64,000 nt of DNA from NCBI GenBank assembly GCA_963770895.1, contig CAVYRF010000002.1, positions 4,480,001-4,544,000 on the forward strand, written 5' to 3'. Both the position numbers and the translations under genes were made by a program. The DNA is from an uncultured Acidobacteriota bacterium (GTDB taxonomy: Bacteria > Acidobacteriota > Thermoanaerobaculia > Multivoradales > UBA5704). Positions 32,165 to 40,871 of this stretch are shown here, one piece after another (the first letter of the stretch is position 1; each line of letters starts with the position of its first letter). Under the pieces are notes generated by a model, which saw nothing but the letters and a program-made list of their open reading frames with translations, searched no databases and was not told where the DNA came from.

Positions 32165-32812
32165 ATGACCTACCTCACCGAGCGCCAGAAAGCGATCCTT
32201 GAGTTTGTGCACGAGTACCGGCGGGAGCGGGGCATCGCGCCGACCCATCGCGAAATCTGCGACCGCTTCGGCTACTCCTCCTACGGCACCGTCTACAAAC
32301 ACCTCAAGCTGCTGCAAGACAAGGGCTTCCTGCGGCGGGACTGGAACCAGAAGCGCGGCATCGAGCTGATCCGTGCCATTCCGGGCGGGCCCGGCGACGG
32401 TCCTCCGGGCAGCGACCACGACCTGCCCTTCTTCGGTCGCATCGCCGCCGGCAGGCCGATCGAAGCGGTCACCGGGAACGAACGGGTGACGGTGCCGGCG
32501 CACCTGCTGTCTTCGCGCACCGGCATGCCAGGCGTCCCTTCGGAGCACTACGTCCTGCGCGTGGTCGGCGACTCGATGATCGAAGACGGCATCCACGACG
32601 GCGACTTCGTGATCGTCCTGCGGCGAGAAGTGGCCGAGCCAGGCGAAATGGTGGTGGCCCTGGTCGGCGACGAAGCAACCCTCAAGCGCTTCTACCCGGA
32701 AGGGGAATTCGTCCGCCTGCAGCCCGCCAATCCCAACATGCAGCCCTTCCGCGTCCCCGCTCGCGACCTCCGCGTCCAGGGAGTCGTCGTCGGCCTGATG
32801 CGCAAATTCTGA
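32165..32812 (+). CDS. lexA: SOS repressor LexA
   Basis: LTERQKAILEF...PTHREI wHTH, Ala-Gly cleavage site GRIAAGRPI, catalytic Ser GDSM and Lys ATLKRF. Confidence 0.96.
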   Translation: MTYLTERQKAILEFVHEYRRERGIAPTHREICDRFGYSSYGTVYKHLKLLQDKGFLRRDWNQKRGIELIRAIPGGPGDGPPGSDHDLPFFGRIAAGRPIEAVTGNERVTVPAHLLSSRTGMPGVPSEHYVLRVVGDSMIEDGIHDGDFVIVLRREVAEPGEMVVALVGDEATLKRFYPEGEFVRLQPANPNMQPFRVPARDLRVQGVVVGLMRKF

Positions 32813-32946
32813 CGCCCCGGCGCCGTCGCAACCCCGGCCTGGAATGCCGGCACAGGGGCGTTCACGGCGCGGGCCAGGTGAAGTCAGGAAGGTGCCAGGG
32901 CTCCGCGACGTAGGCGGGGTTGCGGCGAGCCAAGTGGGCAGGTAGG

Positions 32947-33142
32947 CAAAGAGGCGGACCATGTAGTCGGGTAGGCAAGGTCGGCTGCTCAGCAGGCAGG
33001 TAGGCAAATTGACAAGGCGCCCCGGGACCACAAGGCCGGCTGACCAAAGAGGCGGACCATGTAGTCGGGTAGGCAAGGTCGGCTGCTCAGCAGGCAGGTC
33101 GGCAAGTCGACAAGGCGCCCCGGGACCACAAGGCCGGCTAAC
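32947..33142. repeat. tandem direct repeat, 2 x 98 bp, intergenic
   Basis: caaagaggcggaccatgtagtcgggtaggcaagg...ggccggct starts at 32947 and again at 33045; 4 mismatches by eye. Confidence 0.9.
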
Positions 33143-33328
33143 GCGATTTGGGCGCCGCCGCCGACGTCAGGCGAGCGCCCATGGCTCCGTGCGGGAGTCC
33201 GGCGAGATGGTGCAGGTCCGTAGGCCGCCGGTACCAGCGGGCGCCGGGTATGCCGGCCCCACTGGCTTGCGCAGGGCCGGCGGGTACCCGCCAGGTAGAC
33301 GGCGAGCCCTGAGGGCGGCGACTTCCTG

Positions 33329-34663
33329 TCAGGTGAGCTGGCGCAGGGCGTCGGCCAGACGGGGCAGGGCGGCGTCGATGTCGGATTCGCTGGCGGCGCC
33401 GACGCTGAGGCGGAACCAGCCGTCGTCGTGGGGGAAGCCGAAGGCTTGGAAGGGCACGACGCCGATGCCGGAGGCGTCCAGGACGTAGCGTCGCACGTCC
33501 TCGTTGGTGCGCAGCTCGGCGCCTTGCGGCGTGCGCCTGCCGAAGGGCTGGATGCGGGCGGTCAGGTAGATGGCTCCCATGGGCGGGATGCTGTCGACCG
33601 GCAGGCCCGCGGAGCGGAGCGCCTGCATGCCGGCGTGCAGGCGGGACAGGCGCGATTCGATGCCGCGCAGGAATCCCGTCAGGTAGCTGTCCATCGCCGG
33701 TTGATCGTCCAGCAGCTTGATCGTCGCCACCTGTTCGGCGCGCGGCGCCCAGGCTCCCACGTGGCCCAGGACGGCCGACATGCGGGCCATGACGTCGGCG
33801 GGCCCCACGCCCCAGCCGACCCGCAGGCCGGTGGCCGCAAAGCACTTGCTGATGCCGTCGATGAAGATTGTGTAGCGGGCCATCTCGGGAATCAGGGCCG
33901 GCGGCGTGATGTGCTCGGTTTCGCCGAAGCAGAGCTGCCAGTAGATGTGATCGAACATCAGGTAGAGCGGGCGCTGGCCGGTGCGCTCGCGCTGCTCGTT
34001 TTCGCCCAGCACCGCTTCGCAGATCTGCTCCAGCACGTCCGGTTCGAAGGCGGTCCCGGTGGGATTGAGCGGCGAGTTGAGGCACAGCAGGCGCGCCCCG
34101 GCGAGCTGCCCGCGCAGGTCGCCCGCGGTGGGCAGAAAACGCTGCTGCGGGGTGCATTCGACCGGCACGCCGACGCCCTGGACCAGGTGCACGTAATGGT
34201 TGTTGTTCCAGCTGGGGACGGGATAGACGATGCGGTCGCCGGGGTCGCAGAGGGTGCGGAAGGTGCAATAGATCAGCGGCCTGGCGCCGCCGGCTATCAA
34301 CACCGATTCCACCGGATATTGCAGCCCCAGCCGGCGGGCGTAGAAGCGCAGCACCGCCTGGCGCAGCTCGGGCATGCCGGTGGCCGGCGGATAGTTGGTT
34401 TCGCCCTGTTCCAGGGCGCTGGTGACGGCCGCGCACAACCGCTCGGGAATCGGGAACTGGCGCGGATCGAAGTCGCCCACCGTCAGGTCGCAGATGGTGC
34501 GCCCGGCGGCCCGCAGGGTGCGCATCTCGGCAGCGATCTTGAGGATCTCGGAGCCGATCAGACTGGCGGCGGATGCCGAGATCCGGCTGCGGGGGTTCGC
34601 GCCCGCTTCGCGGGCCAGGACGGTCAGGTCGGCAGTCCCGGTCTCTACTCGCTGGGTGGCCAT
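33329..34663 (-). CDS. PLP-dependent aminotransferase class I/II (AspC-like)
   Basis: LTVGDFD, YPPATGMPELR, NSPLNPTG, DHIY, DGISKCFAATGLRVGW (PLP Lys), FRLS. Confidence 0.92.
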   Translation of the reverse strand: MATQRVETGTADLTVLAREAGANPRSRISASAASLIGSEILKIAAEMRTLRAAGRTICDLTVGDFDPRQFPIPERLCAAVTSALEQGETNYPPATGMPELRQAVLRFYARRLGLQYPVESVLIAGGARPLIYCTFRTLCDPGDRIVYPVPSWNNNHYVHLVQGVGVPVECTPQQRFLPTAGDLRGQLAGARLLCLNSPLNPTGTAFEPDVLEQICEAVLGENEQRERTGQRPLYLMFDHIYWQLCFGETEHITPPALIPEMARYTIFIDGISKCFAATGLRVGWGVGPADVMARMSAVLGHVGAWAPRAEQVATIKLLDDQPAMDSYLTGFLRGIESRLSRLHAGMQALRSAGLPVDSIPPMGAIYLTARIQPFGRRTPQGAELRTNEDVRRYVLDASGIGVVPFQAFGFPHDDGWFRLSVGAASESDIDAALPRLADALRQLT

Positions 34664-34729
34664 GTTTGAACTATGCCATAAAGTGCAGCCGGTTGTCGGA
34701 GCGCCGCGGACCCCCGCCCGCCGGCGGCG

Positions 34730-34805
34730 GCTTCCCACCTGGGAAGCCTTCGATGGACAAGCGCCGCGGATCGCGGTCCTGGCGCTGGCTTCCCACCTGG
34801 GAAGC
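34730..34805. promoter_or_regulatory. two identical 18-bp palindromes GCTTCCCA-CC-TGGGAAGC (candidate operators)
   Basis: Copies at 34730-34747 and 34788-34805, upstream of the aminotransferase start. Confidence 0.55.
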
Positions 34806-34978
34806 GTCTGGGGGGCCGGGACGTGTTGCTGCTGTGGCTGCCGTCCAGGGGTCCCCGTCGGAAGCTTTGGCGGGCGACGGCGCCGCGCCTGCGTGTGTCT
34901 CGGCCCTTCCTTCTCTCAGGTGTCGCCAGCGATCGTTTTCGCTACCGATCCCGGTGGGGGCGGCGGGCGGCCAGGGTC

Positions 34979-35530
34979 TTAGAGCGGCAAGGCGAGCTGC
35001 TGGCGCGCCGCGACGCGCGCGGCCGGGACCACGCCTTCCAGGCCGAGCAGGTAGCGCTTGAGGTCCAGGCCGCCGCCGTAGCCGGTGAGCGATCCATCCG
35101 AGCCGATGACGCGGTGGCAGGGGATGACGATCGGAATCGGGTTGCGGCCGTTGGCCCGGCCGACCGCGCGGCAGGCGTCGGGCCGGCCGATGGTGCGGGC
35201 GATCTCGGCGTAGGAGCGGGTTTCGCCGTAGGGAATCGCCACCAGCGCATCCCACACGCTGCGCTCGAACAGGGTGCCGCGTGGGGCAAGGGGCAGCTCG
35301 AACGCGCGCAGCCGTCCGGCAAAGTAGGCCGCAACCTGGCGCCGCACCTCGGGCAGCGGCGCCAATTGGGGACGGTGCGCCGCTCCCTCGGGCACCGCCG
35401 CCAGCGCGGCTGCCGCATCGCGGTAGAAGGTGAGCTCCACCAGCGCGCCATCGTCCGCCACGGCCAGCAGCATGCGGTTGCCGTATCCGTCGTCCAACGG
35501 CATGGCAACCAGGTCGTATCCCAAGCTCAT
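34979..35530 (-). CDS. ogt: methylated-DNA--protein-cysteine S-methyltransferase
   Basis: IPYGETRSYAEIA, RAVGRANGRNPIPIVIPCHRVIG, LTGYGGG. Confidence 0.95.
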   Translation of the reverse strand: MSLGYDLVAMPLDDGYGNRMLLAVADDGALVELTFYRDAAAALAAVPEGAAHRPQLAPLPEVRRQVAAYFAGRLRAFELPLAPRGTLFERSVWDALVAIPYGETRSYAEIARTIGRPDACRAVGRANGRNPIPIVIPCHRVIGSDGSLTGYGGGLDLKRYLLGLEGVVPAARVAARQQLALPL

Positions 35531-35741
35531 CCTGCACGCCTCCCGCGGATCGCCCTCCGCAGGTCCATGCTAGTGCCCCGCACCCGCAAAATCCAGGTTG
35601 CCTGCCTTTCCTCGCCTGCTGCCTTGCCGGCAAAGGGCGCCCGGTCGAGGCGCTGAGATGAGAAATCGCGTTCGGCGGCCGTCCAACGGGTAAAGGTGGG
35701 GCGCGCGCCTGACTCGGCGCGGGCCCGTATGGAGGTGCTCC

Positions 35742-36311
35742 ATGGACGCTCGCGCCGGGCTCAAGGCTGTCTGCCTGTGTTCGCTGTCTGTTCTGGGTTC
35801 GTCCGCCGCGTGGGGCGCCGGCGCGATACTGCCTCAATACCATCCATCCGAGATCCACTTCGGGACGCACGACCTCGGCACCGTGACCACGCCGGTCCAG
35901 GTGAGGATCGACAACCCGGAGCCCCTCCAGCGCGAATTCGGGCGAGGGCGCAACGCTCAGGACTGCCGCGAAGCGCTCTTTTTCGATCCAGCTGACCGGC
36001 ACAGGCCATAAACCCGAGCTCGGCGTCTCACCGCCTCACCTCTGGTTTCCCTGCCGGAGTGCCACCGAGCCCGGCGCGGCGCAGACGCTGGTCCTCCGCA
36101 ACGACCGCGCCACCAGCCTGTCCATCGACGACGTGATCGTCGTCGGCGACTATGCCGTCTCGGCGCCGAAGCTGCCGCGCGCGTTGGACCCCGGCTCGAC
36201 CGTGGTCCTGCCGGTGCGGCGCAGAAGGCGACCGCCTCCGGCACCTTCACGCTGATCGTTAATGCTGCCGCGGCGGCGCCGGCAGTCGAGCAGAATCCCG
36301 ACAAGCGGTGA
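35742..36311 (+). pseudogene. degraded secreted Ig-like (ASH/choice-of-anchor D-like) domain gene
   Basis: GGAGG RBS, signal peptide, PSEIHFGTHDLGTVTTPVQVRIDN, stop at 36011. Further fragments in other frames: QTLVLRNDRATSLSIDDVIVVGDYAVSAPKLPRALDPGSTVVLPV (from 36082) and ATASGTFTLIVNA...TGA (36311). Confidence 0.55.
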
Positions 36312-36488
36312 CCGGACGGTCCGCCGCGCAGGCTTGCCCGGCCGGTCCTTGCCGGCCTGGCCGGCGGCGATGGCGCCGCCAGGGCGCAGGCGCGGGCGGG
36401 TCGTATATGCTGGCGCGGCGTTCGCGGCGCGCGCCCGCGGATGGTGCGCCGCGCGCCGCGGCGGTTTGCTCAGGGAGGCTGGAACGGG

Positions 36489-38162
36489 ATGGCTTCGGAC
36501 ATCGAAATCGCACAGCAGGCGAAGCTTTTGCGCATCGCGGACGTGGCCCGCGACAGGCTGGGGATTGCCGAGGAGCACCTGGAACCGTACGGGCATTTCA
36601 AGGCCAAGCTGTCGCTCGACGCCATCGAGGGCTTGCGGGAGCGGCCCGACGGCAAGCTGGTGCTGGTCACCGCGATGACGCCGACGCCGGCGGGGGAGGG
36701 CAAGACCACGACCACCATCGGCCTGGGCGACGCGCTCCACCAGATCGGCAAGCGGGCGCTGATCTGCGTGCGGGAACCGTCGCTGGGGCCGGTGTTCGGC
36801 ATGAAGGGCGGCGCGGCGGGCGGCGGCCGGGCGCAGGTGGTGCCGATGGAGGACATCAACCTGCACTTCACCGGCGATTTCAATGCGATCGCGCTGGCCA
36901 ACAACCTGCTGGCGGCGATGCTGGACAATCACCTGCACTTCGGCAACGCCCTGGGCGTCGATCCGCGGCGGATCGGCTGGCGGCGGGTGATGGACATGAA
37001 CGACCGCGCGCTGCGCGAGATGGTGATCGGCCTGGGCGGGGTCGCCAACGGCTATCCGCGCCAGGACGGCTTCGACATCGTCGCCGCCTCCCAGGTGATG
37101 GCCGTCCTGTGCCTGGCGACCTCGCTTGCCGATCTCAAGGAGCGGTTGGGCAATCTCGTCGTCGGCACGACGCGCGAGCGCCGGCCGGTGCGGGCGCGCG
37201 ACCTGGCGGCGCACGGCGCGATGACCGCGCTGTTGCGCGACGCGATCAAGCCGAACCTGGTGCAGACGCTGGAAAACAACCCGGTCTTCATCCACGGCGG
37301 CCCGTTTGCCAACATCGCGCACGGCTGCAACTCGGTGATCGCCACCCGCGCGGCGCTCAAGCTTGCCGACTACGTGGTCACCGAAGCCGGTTTCGGCGCC
37401 GACCTGGGCGCCGAAAAGTTCGTCGACATCAAGTGCCGCAAGGCAGGCCTGAAGCCGGCCGCGGCGGTGGTCGTCGCCACCGTGCGGGCGCTCAAGTATC
37501 ACGGCGGCGTGGAGCTGCCGGACCTGCAACGCGAAGACCTGGCGGCGCTCGCCAAGGGCATGGCCAACCTGGAGCGCCACCTCGACAACGTCAGCGGTCA
37601 CTTCGGTCTGCCCTGCGTCGTGGCGATCAATCGCTTTACCTCGGACACGGCGCAGGAGCTGGCGTTGATCGAATCGCAGCTGGCCCAACGGTCGGTCTCC
37701 GCCGTCGTCGCCGACCATTGGGCGCACGGCGGCAAGGGCGCCGTCGATCTGGCGCACCGGGTCGTCGAGCTGTGCGAGCGGCCGGGTACCGTGCGGTTTG
37801 TCTACGAAGACAGCGACACCCTGTGGGAAAAGGTCGAGAAAGTCGCGACCAACATCTACGGCGCCGCGCACGTCACCGCCGAAGCCAAGGTGCGCGAGCA
37901 GATCACGCGCCTGCAGGACGACGGCTACGGCAGGTTTCCCATCTGCGTCGCCAAGACCCAATATTCGTTCTCAACCGATCCGCGCCGCCGCGGCGCCCCG
38001 TCCGGTCACACCCTCGACATCCGCGAAGTCCGCCTGTCCGCCGGCGCCGAATTCGTCGTCCTGCTCTGCGGCGACATCATGACCATGCCGGGCCTGCCGC
38101 GCGTCCCGGCAGCCCAGTCGATCGACGTCCTCGACGACGGCCGCGTCACCGGACTGTTTTAG
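36489..38162 (+). CDS. fhs: formate--tetrahydrofolate ligase
   Basis: [89 protein letters not shown]. Confidence 0.97.
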   Translation: MASDIEIAQQAKLLRIADVARDRLGIAEEHLEPYGHFKAKLSLDAIEGLRERPDGKLVLVTAMTPTPAGEGKTTTTIGLGDALHQIGKRALICVREPSLGPVFGMKGGAAGGGRAQVVPMEDINLHFTGDFNAIALANNLLAAMLDNHLHFGNALGVDPRRIGWRRVMDMNDRALREMVIGLGGVANGYPRQDGFDIVAASQVMAVLCLATSLADLKERLGNLVVGTTRERRPVRARDLAAHGAMTALLRDAIKPNLVQTLENNPVFIHGGPFANIAHGCNSVIATRAALKLADYVVTEAGFGADLGAEKFVDIKCRKAGLKPAAAVVVATVRALKYHGGVELPDLQREDLAALAKGMANLERHLDNVSGHFGLPCVVAINRFTSDTAQELALIESQLAQRSVSAVVADHWAHGGKGAVDLAHRVVELCERPGTVRFVYEDSDTLWEKVEKVATNIYGAAHVTAEAKVREQITRLQDDGYGRFPICVAKTQYSFSTDPRRRGAPSGHTLDIREVRLSAGAEFVVLLCGDIMTMPGLPRVPAAQSIDVLDDGRVTGLF

Positions 38163-38228
38163 TCGCAGGATCGTCACCTGGTCGCCAGCCACTGCGAATT
38201 TCACTGGTTCAGGCCGCTGGCGCCAGCT

Positions 38229-39116
38229 CTACGCGACGGGGCGCGCTGCCCGCTCGGTGGCCTCGACGGTGTGGGTGAGGAGGGTGGCGATGGTGATCGG
38301 GCCGACGCCGCCCGGCACCGGCGTGTAGGCGGCGCAGCGGTCGGCCGCGCCTGCCAGGTCGATGTCGCCGACGCCGATGCCGGCGCCCATGCCACCGCCG
38401 CCGGGCTGGGGGTGGTAGCCGGCGTCGACGACCACGGCGCCGTCGCCGATCCAGGCGCCCTGTACGCAGTGGGGGATGCCTGCCGCTCCGACGACGATCT
38501 GCGCCTGGTGCACCAGGTCGCGCAGGTCGCGGGCGGCGGGATCGCAGAGCGTGACCGTGGCGTCGGCGGCCAGCAGCATCAGGCCCATCGGCCTGGCCAG
38601 GATGGTGTTGTTGCCGACGACCACCGCCAGCCTGCCGGCGACCTCGATGCCGTGGTGGGAGAGCAGGCGCAGGATGGCCGCCGGCGTCGCCGATGGAAAG
38701 GCATCCGCCCGTCCCACCGCTCGCCAGCCCAGCCCCAGGCAGGTGTCGCCGCCGACGTCCTTGGCAAGGGCGATGCGGTCGAAGCAGCGGCGCTGGTCGG
38801 CGCGGCCGGCCACCGGGTGCTGCAGGAAGATCCCCTGCACGCCATCGTCGTCGTTCAAGCGGTCGATCGCGGCCACCACCTCCGCGGTGCCGGCGTCCGC
38901 CGCAAAGCGCAGCTGGAGCGCGGCGATGCCGACCCTGCGACAGGCGCTCTCCTTCATCCGCGCGTAGGTTTCCGCGGCGCCGTCGGCGCCGACCAGGACG
39001 ATCGCCAGCCGCGGCGCCCGGCCGCCCGCCGCCGCGGTCACTGTTGCGACCCGGCGGGCCAGCGGCGCTTCCAGCTCCCGCGCCAGACTCCTGCCGTCCA
39101 GGACCAATGCCGCCAT
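38229..39116 (-). CDS. folD: FolD-family methylene-THF dehydrogenase/cyclohydrolase with divergent motifs
   Basis: LDGRSLA, LAIVLVG, YARMK, LNDDDGVQGIFLQHPV, SATPAAI, VVVDAG, TPVPGGVGP; RBS GGGAGG. Has KDVGG instead of KDVDG and GNN instead of GRS. Confidence 0.88.
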   Translation of the reverse strand: MAALVLDGRSLARELEAPLARRVATVTAAAGGRAPRLAIVLVGADGAAETYARMKESACRRVGIAALQLRFAADAGTAEVVAAIDRLNDDDGVQGIFLQHPVAGRADQRRCFDRIALAKDVGGDTCLGLGWRAVGRADAFPSATPAAILRLLSHHGIEVAGRLAVVVGNNTILARPMGLMLLAADATVTLCDPAARDLRDLVHQAQIVVGAAGIPHCVQGAWIGDGAVVVDAGYHPQPGGGGMGAGIGVGDIDLAGAADRCAAYTPVPGGVGPITIATLLTHTVEATERAARPVA

Positions 39117-39240
39117 CGTGCCTCCCCGCCGCCGCCGGGTTTGCGGCGGCTGGCTCCCGATCATGCCCCGAAACGACGCATGCAGTGGTCGGGCGCGCTG
39201 TCCGGCTCGGCCTTGCCCTCATCCTATGACGCGATGTCTG

Positions 39241-39407
39241 CTAGTGTCCCGAGTCAGAAATTCGCGGCATAAGTCGGCGAGTCGTCCGCGCTCCTGGCCA
39301 GGCGCGCCGCCGCAGGCATAGTCGAACCTATGTCGAGGAGGCGCAACGCCGCCAGGGGCGTGGAGGGCCGCCGAATGATGGTGTGAATTTATGACTCGGG
39401 GCACTAG
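39241..39407. mobile_element. 167-bp palindromic MITE-like element with 23-bp terminal inverted repeats bounded by CTAG
   Basis: Left end ctagtgtcccgagtcagaaattc; right end reverse-complemented ctagtgccccgagtcataaattc (21/23 identical). The interior also base-pairs into one long hairpin. Confidence 0.75.
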
Positions 39408-39520
39408 CCTCCGCCGCGGACGATGGGCCGGACCCCCGGTCCTGTGCCTGGACTTGGCCCGGAGCTGGGCTTGGAGGCACCGGGACTCGAACTCGAACCT
39501 GGCGGCAGGCGTTGGTGAGA

Positions 39521-40825
39521 ATGACGATGCGTGATGGGACCCCGGCAGAACCTGTGGCGATACCGGCTCCCAGACCGGCTGCGATATCGGCTCCCGCCCC
39601 GGCCGCGATGCCGCCTGCCGTGCCGGCGGCGGTCGCTCCGGCGGTGCCGCGGCCGGCGGGGATCGATCGCGGGCTGGTGTGGGTGATGGCGGTGGGTTGC
39701 GGTGTGGCGGTGGCCAACCTGTATTACATCCAGCCGTTGCTGGCCGAAGTCGGGCGGGCGCTGGCGGTGGATGCGCGGCACATGGGCGGGGTGGCGGCGG
39801 CGTCGCAGATCGGCGTGGCGGTGGGGATGTTTCTGTTCGTGCCGCTGGGGGACATGTTCGAGCGGCGGCGGCTGGTGGTGACGGTCAGCTGCCTGGCGGC
39901 TCTGGCGACCGCGGGGATGGCCGCGGCGCAGGGGCCGCGGACGCTGCTGGCGGCGAGCCTGACGGTCGGGCTGGCGGGGATCGTGCCGCACCTGCTCATC
40001 CCGTTCGCGGCTCGGCTGGCGGCGCCGGCCGAGCGCGGGCGCATCGTCGGCCAGCTGCTGGCGGGCCTGTTGACCGGGGTGCTGCTGGCGCGGACGGTGA
40101 GCGGCCTGATCGCCCAGGCCTTTGGCTGGCGGGCGGTGTATGTGTTTGCCAGCGGCGCGATGGTCGCTGTCGGCCTGGCGCTGGGCCGGCGGCTGCCGGT
40201 GAGCCCGCCGGTGGCGGACCTGTCGTACCCGGACCTGCTGCGTTCGCTGGTCCGCCTGGTGCGCGAACAGCCGCAGCTGCGCGAGGCGGCGCTGACCGGC
40301 GCCATGCTGTTCGGTGCCTTCAGCGTGTTCTGGTCGACGCTGGTGTTCCGGCTGGGCGCGCCGCCTTTTCACTACGGCAGCCGCGAGGCGGGCCTGTTCG
40401 GGCTGGTCGGGGTGATGGGGGCGGCGGCGGCGCCGCTCGCCGGCCGGCTGGCGGACCGCGCGAGCCCGCGCCTCACCGTCGGCCTGGGCATCGCCGTCGC
40501 CGTCGCGAGCTTCGCGGTGTTCTGGCAGCTGGGCGCGAGCCTCTGGGGGATCGGCGCCGGTGTCATCCTGCTGGACCTGGGGGTGCAGGGAGGCCACGTC
40601 GCCAACCAGACCCGCATCTACACGCTGGTGCCCGACGCCGGCAGCCGCCTGAATACCGTCTACATGGTGTCGTACTTTGTCGGCGGCGCCTGCGGCTCGG
40701 CGCTCGGCACCTACGGTTGGAGCGTCGGCGGGTGGCGCGGCGCCTGCGCCGCCGGCGCCGGCCTGCTGGCGGTGGCGCTGGCGGTCCAGGCGGCCAGCGC
40801 GCTGCGCGCCCGGCGGGCTGAGTAG
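39521..40825 (+). CDS. MFS transporter
   Basis: About 12 TM segments; ANLYYIQPLL, PLGDMFERRR, AGRLADR, LLDLGVQ, SRLNTVYM; exact start uncertain. Confidence 0.9.
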   Translation: MTMRDGTPAEPVAIPAPRPAAISAPAPAAMPPAVPAAVAPAVPRPAGIDRGLVWVMAVGCGVAVANLYYIQPLLAEVGRALAVDARHMGGVAAASQIGVAVGMFLFVPLGDMFERRRLVVTVSCLAALATAGMAAAQGPRTLLAASLTVGLAGIVPHLLIPFAARLAAPAERGRIVGQLLAGLLTGVLLARTVSGLIAQAFGWRAVYVFASGAMVAVGLALGRRLPVSPPVADLSYPDLLRSLVRLVREQPQLREAALTGAMLFGAFSVFWSTLVFRLGAPPFHYGSREAGLFGLVGVMGAAAAPLAGRLADRASPRLTVGLGIAVAVASFAVFWQLGASLWGIGAGVILLDLGVQGGHVANQTRIYTLVPDAGSRLNTVYMVSYFVGGACGSALGTYGWSVGGWRGACAAGAGLLAVALAVQAASALRARRAE

Positions 40826-40871
40826 GCGGGCAGCCTGGGGTCTTGTAGAATGAAGCGCGATTGAACCGACC

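Noticed and set aside
32947-33142. Possible CRISPR array
   Set aside because: Whole units including would-be spacers are duplicated, there are only two copies, and no cas genes are present.
36312-36488. ZTP or THF riboswitch upstream of fhs
   Set aside because: Only GC-rich hairpin potential and a TATGCT -10; the conserved aptamer motifs are not recognisable.
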